Assembly: GCA_963709345.1 (NCBI GenBank)
Contig: CAVPVX010000004.1
Coordinates: 200,914 to 264,913 of the forward strand
Direction: 5' to 3'
Length of the DNA: 64,000 bases
Source of the DNA: an uncultured Actinomycetes bacterium
GTDB lineage: Bacteria > Actinomycetota > Thermoleophilia > UBA2241
This document shows positions 49,534 to 59,465 of this stretch, one piece after another. Numbering within the stretch: the first letter of the stretch is position 1; the number at the start of each line of letters is the position of its first letter. The notes under the pieces are model-generated. The model saw nothing but the letters and a program-made list of their open reading frames with translations, did not search any database and was not told where the DNA came from. Made by a program: the position numbers and the translations under genes.

Positions 49534-50250
49534 CTAATGCCCGCAGTGGCAGTATCGCTCGAGGCCGAGGATGGTCGCGGCCGCCGCCACGGTGACGCCG
49601 TAGAACACGACCGGCTTGCCGCCGTCGACGAGTCCGGTGATCGAGCCGTTGACGAGCGTCGATCCCGTGGCGAAGACGACGTCGCACCAGCGGAGCGCGT
49701 CCGCCGTGTTCTCCGGCGGCTCCACGGTGACGCCACCGACGGTCGATCCGATGTTGTCGGGGTCCAGATCGACGGCGCGGATCTCGGCCGCCGCCGCGAG
49801 GGTCTCCAGGAACCGCGGCTGCTGGCCGACGAGGAGAACACGACCGCGGCCCGCGAGCGTCTCCATGAGGTGTCCGGCGCACTCCTTCGGCTCGGCGTCT
49901 CTACAGTGAACGGTGCCGTCGCACAAGCCCAGGTGGCGGTAGACGGCGTTGAGCCCCGCGACGAAGCTCGCGCGGCTCGCGTCGCTGTCGAGGACGATGC
50001 GTGGCAGTTCCTCAACGAAGTAGTCGGCGTTCGCGTAGGCGCCGGCGAAGGCCTGTCCACGGGCGCCTTCGAACGCGGCTTCGACCATCACCTCCTTGCC
50101 CTTGAGGATCGGGTAGTCCGTGTGTTCCGGGTCGCCGATGGCCTCGGCCGGCGTGAGCGCCCGGCAGGTGATGCTGATCCTGCGGCCCGCGAGACCGTTG
50201 CTCTCCACGGTCGCGGCGAAGGCGTCCCTCAGAGTGCTGTACACGTCCAT
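49534..50250 (-). CDS. DUF4213/DUF364 (Rossmann-like, putative metal-chelation) domain protein
   Basis: MDVYSTLRDAF...GRVLLVGQQPRFLETL...VDLDPD... matches the DUF4213-DUF364 architecture. RBS GAAGGGAG 9 nt upstream of the ATG at 50250. Confidence 0.55.
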   Translation of the reverse strand: MDVYSTLRDAFAATVESNGLAGRRISITCRALTPAEAIGDPEHTDYPILKGKEVMVEAAFEGARGQAFAGAYANADYFVEELPRIVLDSDASRASFVAGLNAVYRHLGLCDGTVHCRDAEPKECAGHLMETLAGRGRVLLVGQQPRFLETLAAAAEIRAVDLDPDNIGSTVGGVTVEPPENTADALRWCDVVFATGSTLVNGSITGLVDGGKPVVFYGVTVAAAATILGLERYCHCGH

Positions 50251-50293
50251 CTTCTGTGACTCCCTTCGTCTGACGGGCATGACGGTTCCGGCG

Positions 50294-50785
50294 TCACTCC
50301 GGAGGCATGAAGCCGTTGGCCTGCAGGACGCGCCGGCCTGCGGCGGAGAACACCAGGTCGACGAACGCCGCCGCGCCGCGGACCTGAGCACAGCCGCCGA
50401 CGACCGCGATGGGGAACGACTCGATCACGTTCTGGTCGTCGCGGATGACGACGCCGTCGATCCTGCCCCTGGCCGCCGTGAGCTCACTGACCCAGGCCAC
50501 CCCGGCGTCGGCCTCTCCCATCGCGATCTTGGTCACCACACCCTTGATAGTGTCCTCGAGCGACACGGGCTCCACGCTGATGCCCTACGCGGCGAGCATC
50601 CGGTCGGCACACGCGCCGCCTGGCAGGTTGGGCTCGCCCAGAACGACCTTGAGCTCCGGGTCGGCGAGATCGCTGAGGCACGTGACGCCGCAGGGGTTGC
50701 CCGGCTCCACGATGATCGCCATCGTGTTGCGGGCGAACACGCGCGGCGTGCCGACGAGGTCCGGGCGTTTCCGCGTCGGGCCCAC
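50294..50785 (-). pseudogene. remnant of molybdate ABC-transporter substrate-binding protein (modA-like): 5-prime truncated, in-frame TAG
   Basis: ORFs 50585..50785 (VFARNTMAIIVEPGNPCGVTCLSDLADPELKVVLGEPNLPGGACADRMLAA) and 50294..50575 (VSLEDTIKGVVTKIAMGEADAGVAWVSEL...FPIAVVGG...AFVDLVFSAAGRRVLQANGFMPPE) are contiguous ModA C-terminal halves in the same frame. They are separated only by a TAG at about 50583 where ModA has a conserved W (TGG). The N-terminal half and signal peptide are absent. Confidence 0.5.
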
Positions 50786-51028
50786 GACGGCGCCTGCGCG
50801 CGCCGTCCCACGGTCTGTCCGTGGTACGGCCCGGCACCCGTAGCGAACGCCGTAGGGTGACGGGCTTGGAGACGGCGCCGAGTATCTCCGGGGGCTTCGG
50901 TCAAGTCAATCTGGCGGGTGGTCCTTGCGGCGGCTCGGCAACGGGATAGAGTTGGGCGTACTGTCGTCCGGGCGGTCCGGTGGGGGCCGCGATCCGGCGC
51001 GCTGGCGCGAAGAAGGGAGGGAGTGGCG

Positions 51029-51634
51029 GTGAGACGCGAGGAGTGGGCGAAGCAGCGACGCCGCGAGATGCTCGCCGCCTACTACCAGGTGCTCAAGGCC
51101 GAGGGGCTGCAGGGCGCGTCGCTCGCCAAGATCGCGAAGCTCATCGACGCGCCGCCCAGTCTGCTCATCCACTATTTCGGTACCAAGGAGCAGATGACGA
51201 TCGAGCTGGTCGACTACCTGCTCGAGGAGTATCGCCAGGGGTACGGAGACAGGCTCGCCGCGATCGCCGATCCGCGCGAGCGCCTTGCCGCGATCCTCGA
51301 CACCTTCTTCGACGCGGAGTACCACCAACTGCTCGACGACAGCGTCTTCTACGCCTGCTTCTACATCAGCCTGCGGCATGCCGCGGTGCGCAAGAGCTTC
51401 GCCGCCCTGTACGAGACATCCCTGGAGCTGGTCGAGACCACGCTCGCGGACTGCATGGTCGCGGGGTACGTCCGGGTCGACGACGCCCACGAGCTCGCGG
51501 TCGCGGTGAAGGCCCTGGAAGAAGGCTACGCCTTCCTCATCGGCGGTGGCGCCGACGAAGACGCCAAGGCCGAGATCGGGACCGCGCTCAGGAAGCGCGC
51601 GCTTCAGCTGCTCGGCCTCCCCGCTCCCGCCTGA
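51029..51634 (+). CDS. TetR/AcrR-family transcriptional regulator
   Basis: N-terminal HTH (GLQGASLAKIAKLIDAPPSLLIHYFGTKEQM). GTG 51029 with RBS GAAGGGAGGGAG. The upstream part of ORF 50918 is junk. Confidence 0.75.
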   Translation: MRREEWAKQRRREMLAAYYQVLKAEGLQGASLAKIAKLIDAPPSLLIHYFGTKEQMTIELVDYLLEEYRQGYGDRLAAIADPRERLAAILDTFFDAEYHQLLDDSVFYACFYISLRHAAVRKSFAALYETSLELVETTLADCMVAGYVRVDDAHELAVAVKALEEGYAFLIGGGADEDAKAEIGTALRKRALQLLGLPAPA

Positions 51635-51907
51635 GGCGTCCGGACAGCACGGGCGCCTGCCTCCGCGTGCCTCATGAAGGGACGCCGTACCCATCCCGCT
51701 CGGGAAGCCCGCCGCCGACGATTTCGCCAGTGGTCGACCGACGGCGTCGCCCCGCCTGCGGGGCGACGCCGGTACGGCAAATGCTCAAGAACGGGTCGGG
51801 CGTTGCCGAAACAGTCAACGCTGGTGGAGATGCACTGCAGGGGGTTGCGACGTCGGGGGCGGTCGGCGGATGTCGGGCCTCACGGGAGAAGTCCATGGAG
51901 GTGTGAT

Positions 51908-53629
51908 GTGAGTGGCAAAGCAGCAGCGCTCGTCGTGGCCGGGGTGGCCGTTCTTCTCGCGCTCGGTCTGACGGCATGCGGTGAGTCGAGCTCCGGCGAC
52001 TCCGGGGCATCGCCGGCTGCCAGTGCCAGTCCAGCGGTCGCCCAGACCGTGAAGGTCGCGTCGGCGGTCATGCCGCCGGTCGTGCACGCGAAGGTCGGCG
52101 ACCAGCTCAAGGTGCGGCTGAACAGCAACGCGAGCACAGGGTATTCCTGGACGGCGCAGGTCATGTCGGGCGAGGGAGAGACGCCGATCCTCAAGCAGGT
52201 GGGCGACCCCGAGACCATCGCGCCGAAGAGCAAGCTTGCCGGCGCGCCCGGCAAGACGGAGTTCACGTTCGTGGTCGAGGCAGAGGGTACACAGGAGCTG
52301 GGATTCTGGTACGAGCCTCCGGCGGAGGGCGCGCCCGGCTCGACCTACGCCCTCATCGTCAAGGCCGGGAAGGGCCACATCCCCGTCGACGTCAAGGCCG
52401 GCGAGGAGTACACAGCCGAGATGGCCGAACTGCGCACCGGCGACACCCTCGTCGTCACGATCAAGCACGCAGCGGACAAGGGCCGCCACACCTGGAAGAT
52501 GGTCGGCGGCGATCCCCTGCTCACGATGACGGGGCAGAAGTACTCGGGCGGTGGGTCCGGCACCGAGACCGTGACGTTCAAAGGCAACGCGGCCGGCACC
52601 GGCACGCTGGTTCTGGTGAACCGTCCCAGCGGCGATCCGCCGCTGCAGACCTACGCACTGCCCGTCTTCGTCAAGACGCCGAAGAAGCCGGTCACCCTGC
52701 AGATGAACCACAACGACAACGACGAGTCCTTCGCTGCGAGAGCGGGCGACACGATCCAGGTGAGCCTGCACGACACGCCTACCACCGACTTCCAGTGGAA
52801 GTTCCAGACGCCGAACGCAAAGGTGCTGAAGCAGGTCGGCAAGCCCAAGTTCTACCCCAAGAGCGACGCCATGGGATCGCCCGGAAAGATGGTGTGGACG
52901 TTCAGCGTCGTGGGCACCGGCAAGGCGTCATTGATCGCGGACTACACGGAGATCCCGGAGCAGGCGATGCCGATCAAGACGTGGCAGGTCACCATCGCCG
53001 CCAAGCCCGGCTACGCGCCCAAGACCGTCGGCGCCGTGGACGCGTACCCCGCCGAGACCGTGCACGTGCTGCCCGGCGACCAGATCAAGGTACACCTGAA
53101 CGGCAACGTCGGCGCGTGGGTGAATCAGACCACGAGCAAGCAGCTTGCGGCGATGAAGCCGGTCCAGCAGGGCTCGACGACCGTCGTGACCTATGAGGCC
53201 AAGAATCACGGCGTCGCCACCCCGGTCCTGTGGGCCGAGACGTCCGGCGGCTGGCCCGCACAGGCCTACGCGTTCTCGGCGACGGTCGGCAAGGGCAGTC
53301 TGCCGAAGACGGTGACCGCTGTCGAGCGTCGCGTCGCCAAGACCATCGAGGTGAACGCCGGCGACCTGTTCGACATCGTTCTGCCGAGCAACTCGGCTTC
53401 TACCGGTTACACGTGGACGACAGCGAGCATTGTCACCGACGGTGTGATCGAAGCGGCCGGCGAGCCGACCGTTGCGGCCTCCGGCGACATGCCCGGCGCT
53501 CAGGGCACGACGACCATGCACTTCAAGGCGGTCGGCGCCGGAACCGCGCAGCTCATGCTGTTGCTGGAGCCTCCGGGTGGCGAGGGCACGCCGGAGGGCG
53601 TCTACCTGACCATGGTGGACGTGCAGTAG
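51908..53629 (+). CDS. lipoprotein with five tandem chagasin-like (MEROPS I42) cysteine-protease-inhibitor domains
   Basis: GTG 51908 (GGAGG 8 nt upstream). Lipobox LALGLTAC. Five repeats of about 100-110 aa; the first and last carry the I42 signature NSNASTGYSWT / NSASTGYTWT, and the others are diverged (TPTTDFQWKF; GNVGAWVNQ). Confidence 0.7.
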   Translation: MSGKAAALVVAGVAVLLALGLTACGESSSGDSGASPAASASPAVAQTVKVASAVMPPVVHAKVGDQLKVRLNSNASTGYSWTAQVMSGEGETPILKQVGDPETIAPKSKLAGAPGKTEFTFVVEAEGTQELGFWYEPPAEGAPGSTYALIVKAGKGHIPVDVKAGEEYTAEMAELRTGDTLVVTIKHAADKGRHTWKMVGGDPLLTMTGQKYSGGGSGTETVTFKGNAAGTGTLVLVNRPSGDPPLQTYALPVFVKTPKKPVTLQMNHNDNDESFAARAGDTIQVSLHDTPTTDFQWKFQTPNAKVLKQVGKPKFYPKSDAMGSPGKMVWTFSVVGTGKASLIADYTEIPEQAMPIKTWQVTIAAKPGYAPKTVGAVDAYPAETVHVLPGDQIKVHLNGNVGAWVNQTTSKQLAAMKPVQQGSTTVVTYEAKNHGVATPVLWAETSGGWPAQAYAFSATVGKGSLPKTVTAVERRVAKTIEVNAGDLFDIVLPSNSASTGYTWTTASIVTDGVIEAAGEPTVAASGDMPGAQGTTTMHFKAVGAGTAQLMLLLEPPGGEGTPEGVYLTMVDVQ

Positions 53630-53758
53630 GGAGAGCGAAGAGCGACAGGACGGCGAGGCGGCCGGCGTGAGCCGGCCGCCTCGTTCACGTACGCCGGCTG
53701 CCGGAGCCCGACCCCGCAGGCGCCCGGCGAGCGGCGCCCCCGGCCGGCGCCTCCGGGG

Positions 53759-54586
53759 TCAGTTCAGCCCGAAGCGGTGCATGTCCTGCTCGCCCGCGCC
53801 GAAGTAGTGGGCGGTCTCGTGCAGGACAGTGATACGGATCTGCTCGGCGAGCACGTCGTCGTCCGGGACTTCACGTTCGAGGTTGCGCTGGAAGAGGTGG
53901 ATGACGCCGATGTCGGGGCCCGGTCCGAGCACCGACTGGTCGGGCATCGCGATGCCGTGGAACAGGCCGAGTGTGCGGGGGTCGAGTCCTTCGAGCACAA
54001 GCGCCTCGGAGGGCTGGTCCTCGACGAAGACGGGGACGTTGCCCAGCCGGCCGAGGATCTCCGGCGGCAACTCGTCGAGGGCTTCGGCGGCGAGCCGCTC
54101 GAACTCCGCCCGCGGCAGTCTCGGCTCGGGCCCGTCGTTCGCCTGGTCGAGGCGCAGCGTCGCCAGCCACTCCTTGACCATCCCTCTGGTGTCGCCCTTG
54201 TCTTCGCAGGCGACGCCGAGCAGATGCCGGGCGTCGGCTTCGTCGAGCGGATCGAGCCGGGGCCCGGCGAGGAGTTCGCGCAGCAGGCGCGCGGCCTCGC
54301 CGGGCTCGTCGTAGTCAAGGTACACCTCCGCCGACCCGAGCCAGGGCTCCGGGTCATCGGGGTCCGACTCGCTCCAGCGCCGGTACGCGTCGAGTGCCGC
54401 CTCCGGCTCCTCCTGCTCGCGCGCGAGCGACGCCTCGAGCTCGATGACCGCCGGGTCGTCGGGCGCCGTCACGCGCGCTCTCTCGAGCGCTCGCGCGACG
54501 GAGCGCACGTCGCCGTCGGCGAGGGCGTCCCACGCGTCTTCGAGCAGTCGTTCCGTCTCCGGGTCGAGCCGGTCGTCGTCATCCAT
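53759..54586 (-). CDS. putative zinc metallopeptidase (HExxH, zincin-like; helical TPR-like N-terminus)
   Basis: MDDDDRLDPETERL... acidic helical repeats, then ITVLHETAHYFG (HExxH), resembling the small DUF/metallopeptidase family of the SprT/Mlc-titration-factor type. Confidence 0.55.
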   Translation of the reverse strand: MDDDDRLDPETERLLEDAWDALADGDVRSVARALERARVTAPDDPAVIELEASLAREQEEPEAALDAYRRWSESDPDDPEPWLGSAEVYLDYDEPGEAARLLRELLAGPRLDPLDEADARHLLGVACEDKGDTRGMVKEWLATLRLDQANDGPEPRLPRAEFERLAAEALDELPPEILGRLGNVPVFVEDQPSEALVLEGLDPRTLGLFHGIAMPDQSVLGPGPDIGVIHLFQRNLEREVPDDDVLAEQIRITVLHETAHYFGAGEQDMHRFGLN

Positions 54587-54759
54587 GCCGCTACTGTACC
54601 TCGGCTCGGCCCGGCGGCACACCAGCGCCGCGGCTGGAGCCCGTCGGCGCTGGACGCGGCCGTCGCGGAGGTCCTGATCGTCGTCGCGACGGCTGACCTG
54701 AATGCGGATCCGCTCCCGGCGTGTGGCTCCGGGTCCGAGGCTCTGGTATAAGGACAGGT

Positions 54760-57700
54760 GTGAATCACCCCTCCGCAGGACCCGACCCGGACGCGTCGCC
54801 CGGGCACAGCCGCGCCTTCATCGGCCTGCGTCCTCTCTTTGTCGGTGTCGATCTGGGCAAGGTCACCACCGCGGTGGCCGTGGGCGAGCTGGGCGACGAC
54901 GGCGAGCTGCGCGTGCTCCAAACGCACGTGGAGCGCCACCTCGGCGAGCCGCTGCGGCCGTTCCTCGATCTGTACGCATCTCTGGATGCGGGCCGGCTCG
55001 CGGGCATCGCGGCCACCGGGGTGTACGGCGACCGTCTCGGCGCCCCCGCTCTCGGCGGGATCCCGGAGGAGATCGCGCAGGAACAAGCCGCCGCCTGGCT
55101 CCACCCGGAGGGTCCGCTGAACGTGGTCCGGGTGGGAGGGGGCGGGTACTCGGTGCTGACCAGGGACGCCCGCGGTCGTGCGCGCTACGACGCCAACGAA
55201 CGCTGCTCGGCCGGCACCGGCGAGACCGTCGAGGGCCTTTGCGCGCGGCTCGGCCGCTCGCTGGACGAGGCGGTGGCGCTTGCCGAAGCGAGCCCGAACG
55301 GAGTGACCGTGACGAGCCGTTGCGCCGTGTTCGCGAAGAGCGAGCTCACGCACTTCGCGAATCAGGGAGAACCCCATGGGCGCATCTTCAAGGGGCTGTT
55401 CGCCGGCGTTGCTCGCAACGTCCACAGCCTGTACGACAAGAGCAAGGTGGACGGGCCTGTACTCCTGGTCGGGCACGGGGCACTCATCGGCCCGATCGCA
55501 GCCGGTGTGGCGGAGCTGAGCGACGCCCCCGTCGAGGTGTCGGAGCACGCCGCCGTGTTCGAGGCTCTCGGTGCGCTGCGGTTGGCGTCGCGGCAGGGCT
55601 CCGAGCCGTGGTCCTCCGCGGCGTGGCGGGACGGCGGGGGCGCAGAGACGCCGGCCGCCGGCAGGCTCGCCGGCTTTCCCGCCGACGCCGCCGAGCTCGT
55701 ACGCCCGGTGCGCAGTCGCATCGCCCGCTTGCAGCCGGCGCGCGAGGGGCCGGGCGAGGTCGTCCGGCTCGACTCCGGCGAGGACGCCGGGGTTCCTTCA
55801 GGAGCGCCGGCGGTGCTCGGTCTCGATCTCGGCTCGACGGGGTCCAAGGCCGCGCTCCTCGACCTGGCCTCCGGCTCGGTGCTCGCCAGTGTCTACCGGC
55901 GCACCGAGGGCAACCCCGTCGAGGCGGCGCAAGCCCTGGTCGCCGAGGTGGCGGAGATGGTCCCGAGCCCGGTCGTCGCCGTGGGCTTCACCGGGTCCGG
56001 GCGCGACGCGGCCGCCACCGTCTTTCGCGCCGCATACCCCGGCCGTGCGGCGCGCCTGACCGTGCAGAACGAGATCGTCGCTCACGCGGTCGCCGCCGCC
56101 GCGCTCGACCCGGACGGCGGGCGCAGTCTCTCGATCGTGGAGATAGGTGGTCAGGACGCGAAGTTCATCAACATGGAGAACGGACGCGTCGTCGACGCCG
56201 ACATGAATCGCGTCTGCAGCGCCGGCACGGGCTCGTTCCTCGAGGAGCAGGCACTCGCTCACGGCGTCGACGACATCACGGAGTTCGGCCGTGGCGCGGC
56301 GCGCAGCGACGGCCCCCCGGACCTCGGTCAGACGTGCACCGTCTTCGTCGCCGATGTGGCGGCGGAAGCGCTCGGTGACGGATACGACCGGGACGACATC
56401 TTCGCCGGCCTCCAGTACTCCGTGGTTCGCAACTATCGCAGCCGCGTGATGGGCCAGCGCCGGCTGCTCGACCGGGTGTTCTTCCAGGGCAAGCCGGCCA
56501 CCGACCCCGCCTTGGCGCGCACGCTGGCGGCGGTGCTTGAGCGGGAGGTCGTCGTGCCCGCCGACCCGGGCGCGATGGGCGCCGTCGGTATCGCCGTGCT
56601 GGCGGGACGAGCGCTCGCCGAGCCGGATGCGGAGCCGACCGCCGCCTTCGACCTGTCGCGCGTTCTGGAGGCACGCGTCGCCGGGCGCCGCGAGTTCCAA
56701 TGCAAGGATCGGGACTGCCGCAATCTGTGTCACCTGGAGCTCGCCGAGATCGACGTCGACGGCGTCCGCGAGAAGATCGTGAGCGGGGGCCAGTGCCCGA
56801 AGTACGACGCGGTCTCTGCGGCGGGCGAGAAGCTGCCCAAAGACGCGCCGAGCCCCTATCGCGAGCGGGAGGTATTGCTGGGCGATCTGCTGGCGGAGGC
56901 GGCTGCGGGCGGCAGTACGCCCGACGGCCCGGCGCCCGCTCCGGGCGGCTCCGGGGGAGACGCGTCTTCTTTCGCGGAAGCGACGTCCGCCGGCCCGGTC
57001 CTCGGTCTGCCCTACGCGCACTACCTGATCGACACGCTTCCCTTCTTCGCCACGCTCTTCGGTCGCCTGGGGCATCGGGTCGAAGTGTTGCGGCCCGGCC
57101 GTGACACGCTGGCCGACGGCGACCGGCGTTGCGCTGCGCCCGGAGCCTGTGCCCCGGTGAAACTGCTGCATGGGCTCGCCGGCGCGGACGTTGCCACTCT
57201 TGTGGCGCCGATCTTCGTGCACCTTCCCCTGCCTAACGCCGGCTCCCAGACGTACACCTGTCCCATGGCGCAGGGCGCTCCGGACATGGCCGCCCGGGCG
57301 CTTGTCGCCGAGGGCTCAGCGACCCGCGTGCTCCGGCCGGTGCTCTTCGAGAAGGAGGGTGACGACTTCGGGTCGCCGCGCGCGCGCCGGGCCCTCGAAG
57401 CCGCGGCGCAGGCGCTGGCCGACGCCGCCGGGGGCGCACCGCCGGGAGCAGCCTTCGGCGACGCGTACGAGGCGGCGCTCGACGCCCAGCGTCGGTTCGA
57501 GGTCGGGCTGCGGGAGATCGGCGAACGAGCTGTCGAATGGGCGCGGGCGCACGACTTCCCGGTGGTGATGATCGTCGGCGAGACGCACGTGCTCCACGAC
57601 GCGGTGCTCGACGCCGGGATCCACGAGTTGGTGGCCGGCAACGGCGCCGTGCCACTCCCTGTCGACTGCTACCCGACACCGGCAGACGTGCCCGGGCTGA

Positions 57701-59328
57701 GCAGGGTCCACTGGGCGAGCGCCGGCCAGGCGCTGCGCGCCACGCTCGCCGGCGTCGCCGCGGGCGGCGTCTACCCCCTCTTGCTGGGCGCCTACGGGTG
57801 TGGCCCCAACTCGATGATCGAGCACCTGTTCACCGATCTCACGGAGGACTGGCCGCACGCCGTCCTCGAGAGTGACGGTCACGGCGGCAAGGCTGGGTAC
57901 GTCACGCGCGTGCAGGCATTCCTCCACAGCGTGCGAGGCTGGCGGGACGCGGCCGCGGACGGAGGCGCCGGTGAGACCGCAACCCCCAGGACTGCGGCGC
58001 CTGCCGCGGCCCCCGAACGTCCGGCGGCGCGGGCGACGGCGGACGCCGACTTGCCGGCGCGCCTCGCGCGCCTGGACCGGCGGCTGCCGCACAGTCTCGA
58101 CGCAGGGTACGACCGCTTCATCTTCGGCCACGTAGGCGGCGGCCTCGGCCGGCATCTGGCCGCGGCGATGCGCGGCGGCGGCTACGACGCCACCTACGTC
58201 GGCGAGCCCGACGCCGCCGCCCTCCGCGCCGCCGGAGCCGCGTGCTCGGGCAAGGAGTGCCTGCCCTACCAGCTCATCTGGGGCACCTTTGCGCGCTTTC
58301 TTGAAGAGGAGGCGCCCAGCCTGGACGGCGGCCGCGCCCTCTTCCTGAGCGCCGGCAACGGATTCCAGGCCTGTCGTGCCAACCTCTTCCCGCTGACCGA
58401 ACAGATCTCGCTTGACCGCTTGGGTCTCGGCGACAGGGTGGAGGTGGCCGACTTCAGTCTCGTGACGACGAACGTTCGCATGATGCCGGTCACCTGGGCG
58501 GCGCTCGTGGCCGTGGACCTGCTCAACATGCTGCGCTTCCACAGCTACGCGGACGAAGCGCAGCGGGGATCCGCCGACAGACTCTTCGCCGCCTATTCGG
58601 CCCGGCTCGAGCGGCTGCTCGAGGAGCCGCGGCCCGACGCCGGCATCGCCGGCAACGTCACCGCGGCCTTCCGCTTCTGCGGCGAGGTCGAATCCCTGCT
58701 CGCCGACGCGGCGCGGGACTTCGCCGAGGAGCCGCGAGATGCCGCGCGCACCGCCGGCCTGCGCGACGTCTACCTGTGTGGCGATCTCTACCTGCGCGTC
58801 GACGAGTGGGGCAACGACGATCTCCAGCGCAAGCTTGCCGACCACGGCATTCGCGTCATCTTCGAGCCGTACGGCGCCTTCTTCGAGCTCCTCCAGTTGC
58901 GCCAGATCCAGGACGGCGTGCCCTGGCGCAAGCGGCCCGAGAAGGAAGCGACGCTGGCGACGATGCGATACATCGTCCAGCGGCTGACCCGCGCGGTTCA
59001 GACCCGGCATCCCTGGGTCTTCTGGAACGACATACGCACGGTCGCGCGTGAGAGTCGCCGTCTGCTCGCGCCGTACCCCTTCGGGGAAAGCATCCCGGCG
59101 GTCGGCGGGGCGTTGCTCACCTGGCGAACGCAGCCGGTCGACGGCGTCGTCTCGGTGGCGCCGCGCGGGTGCGGGCCGGCTCTGATCGCCGAAGCGCAGC
59201 TTCGGCGCGAGACCGGCCTGCCGGCCCTGTTCGTCTACAACGACGGCGATCCCATAGATGAGGCCCGGCTCGCCGGTTTCGCCTGGCGGCTGCGCGCGCG
59301 TCCGGCCCGGCGCCGGGCGTCGGAGTAG
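54760..59328 (+). CDS. giant CoA-substrate-specific enzyme activase-like protein: two BadF/BadG/BcrA/BcrD (HgdC-type) ATPase domains plus DUF2229-like domains (about 1,520 aa)
   Basis: Two ASKHA ATPase modules (VGVDLGKVTTAVAV...CSAGTGETVE; VLGLDLGSTGSKAALL...CSAGTGSFLEEQA), followed by 2-hydroxyglutaryl-CoA-dehydratase-activator-associated domains with Cys motifs (CRNLCHLE...GGQCPKYD). The start is taken at GTG 54760 (AAGGA 7 nt upstream); GTG 54721 is also possible. Confidence 0.8.
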   Translation: MNHPSAGPDPDASPGHSRAFIGLRPLFVGVDLGKVTTAVAVGELGDDGELRVLQTHVERHLGEPLRPFLDLYASLDAGRLAGIAATGVYGDRLGAPALGGIPEEIAQEQAAAWLHPEGPLNVVRVGGGGYSVLTRDARGRARYDANERCSAGTGETVEGLCARLGRSLDEAVALAEASPNGVTVTSRCAVFAKSELTHFANQGEPHGRIFKGLFAGVARNVHSLYDKSKVDGPVLLVGHGALIGPIAAGVAELSDAPVEVSEHAAVFEALGALRLASRQGSEPWSSAAWRDGGGAETPAAGRLAGFPADAAELVRPVRSRIARLQPAREGPGEVVRLDSGEDAGVPSGAPAVLGLDLGSTGSKAALLDLASGSVLASVYRRTEGNPVEAAQALVAEVAEMVPSPVVAVGFTGSGRDAAATVFRAAYPGRAARLTVQNEIVAHAVAAAALDPDGGRSLSIVEIGGQDAKFINMENGRVVDADMNRVCSAGTGSFLEEQALAHGVDDITEFGRGAARSDGPPDLGQTCTVFVADVAAEALGDGYDRDDIFAGLQYSVVRNYRSRVMGQRRLLDRVFFQGKPATDPALARTLAAVLEREVVVPADPGAMGAVGIAVLAGRALAEPDAEPTAAFDLSRVLEARVAGRREFQCKDRDCRNLCHLELAEIDVDGVREKIVSGGQCPKYDAVSAAGEKLPKDAPSPYREREVLLGDLLAEAAAGGSTPDGPAPAPGGSGGDASSFAEATSAGPVLGLPYAHYLIDTLPFFATLFGRLGHRVEVLRPGRDTLADGDRRCAAPGACAPVKLLHGLAGADVATLVAPIFVHLPLPNAGSQTYTCPMAQGAPDMAARALVAEGSATRVLRPVLFEKEGDDFGSPRARRALEAAAQALADAAGGAPPGAAFGDAYEAALDAQRRFEVGLREIGERAVEWARAHDFPVVMIVGETHVLHDAVLDAGIHELVAGNGAVPLPVDCYPTPADVPGLSRVHWASAGQALRATLAGVAAGGVYPLLLGAYGCGPNSMIEHLFTDLTEDWPHAVLESDGHGGKAGYVTRVQAFLHSVRGWRDAAADGGAGETATPRTAAPAAAPERPAARATADADLPARLARLDRRLPHSLDAGYDRFIFGHVGGGLGRHLAAAMRGGGYDATYVGEPDAAALRAAGAACSGKECLPYQLIWGTFARFLEEEAPSLDGGRALFLSAGNGFQACRANLFPLTEQISLDRLGLGDRVEVADFSLVTTNVRMMPVTWAALVAVDLLNMLRFHSYADEAQRGSADRLFAAYSARLERLLEEPRPDAGIAGNVTAAFRFCGEVESLLADAARDFAEEPRDAARTAGLRDVYLCGDLYLRVDEWGNDDLQRKLADHGIRVIFEPYGAFFELLQLRQIQDGVPWRKRPEKEATLATMRYIVQRLTRAVQTRHPWVFWNDIRTVARESRRLLAPYPFGESIPAVGGALLTWRTQPVDGVVSVAPRGCGPALIAEAQLRRETGLPALFVYNDGDPIDEARLAGFAWRLRARPARRRASE

Positions 59329-59465
59329 GTCGAAGAGATCTTCTCCCGTGCTCGCCACCGCCCACCTTTCCGGCCTGCCCGCGCCCGGTGTGAGTGGAGG
59401 CTCAATCGGGCAGACTCCCGGGTACCGTCGCAGGGGGCGGCGCCAGTCGATCAAAGGGGTGGTTC

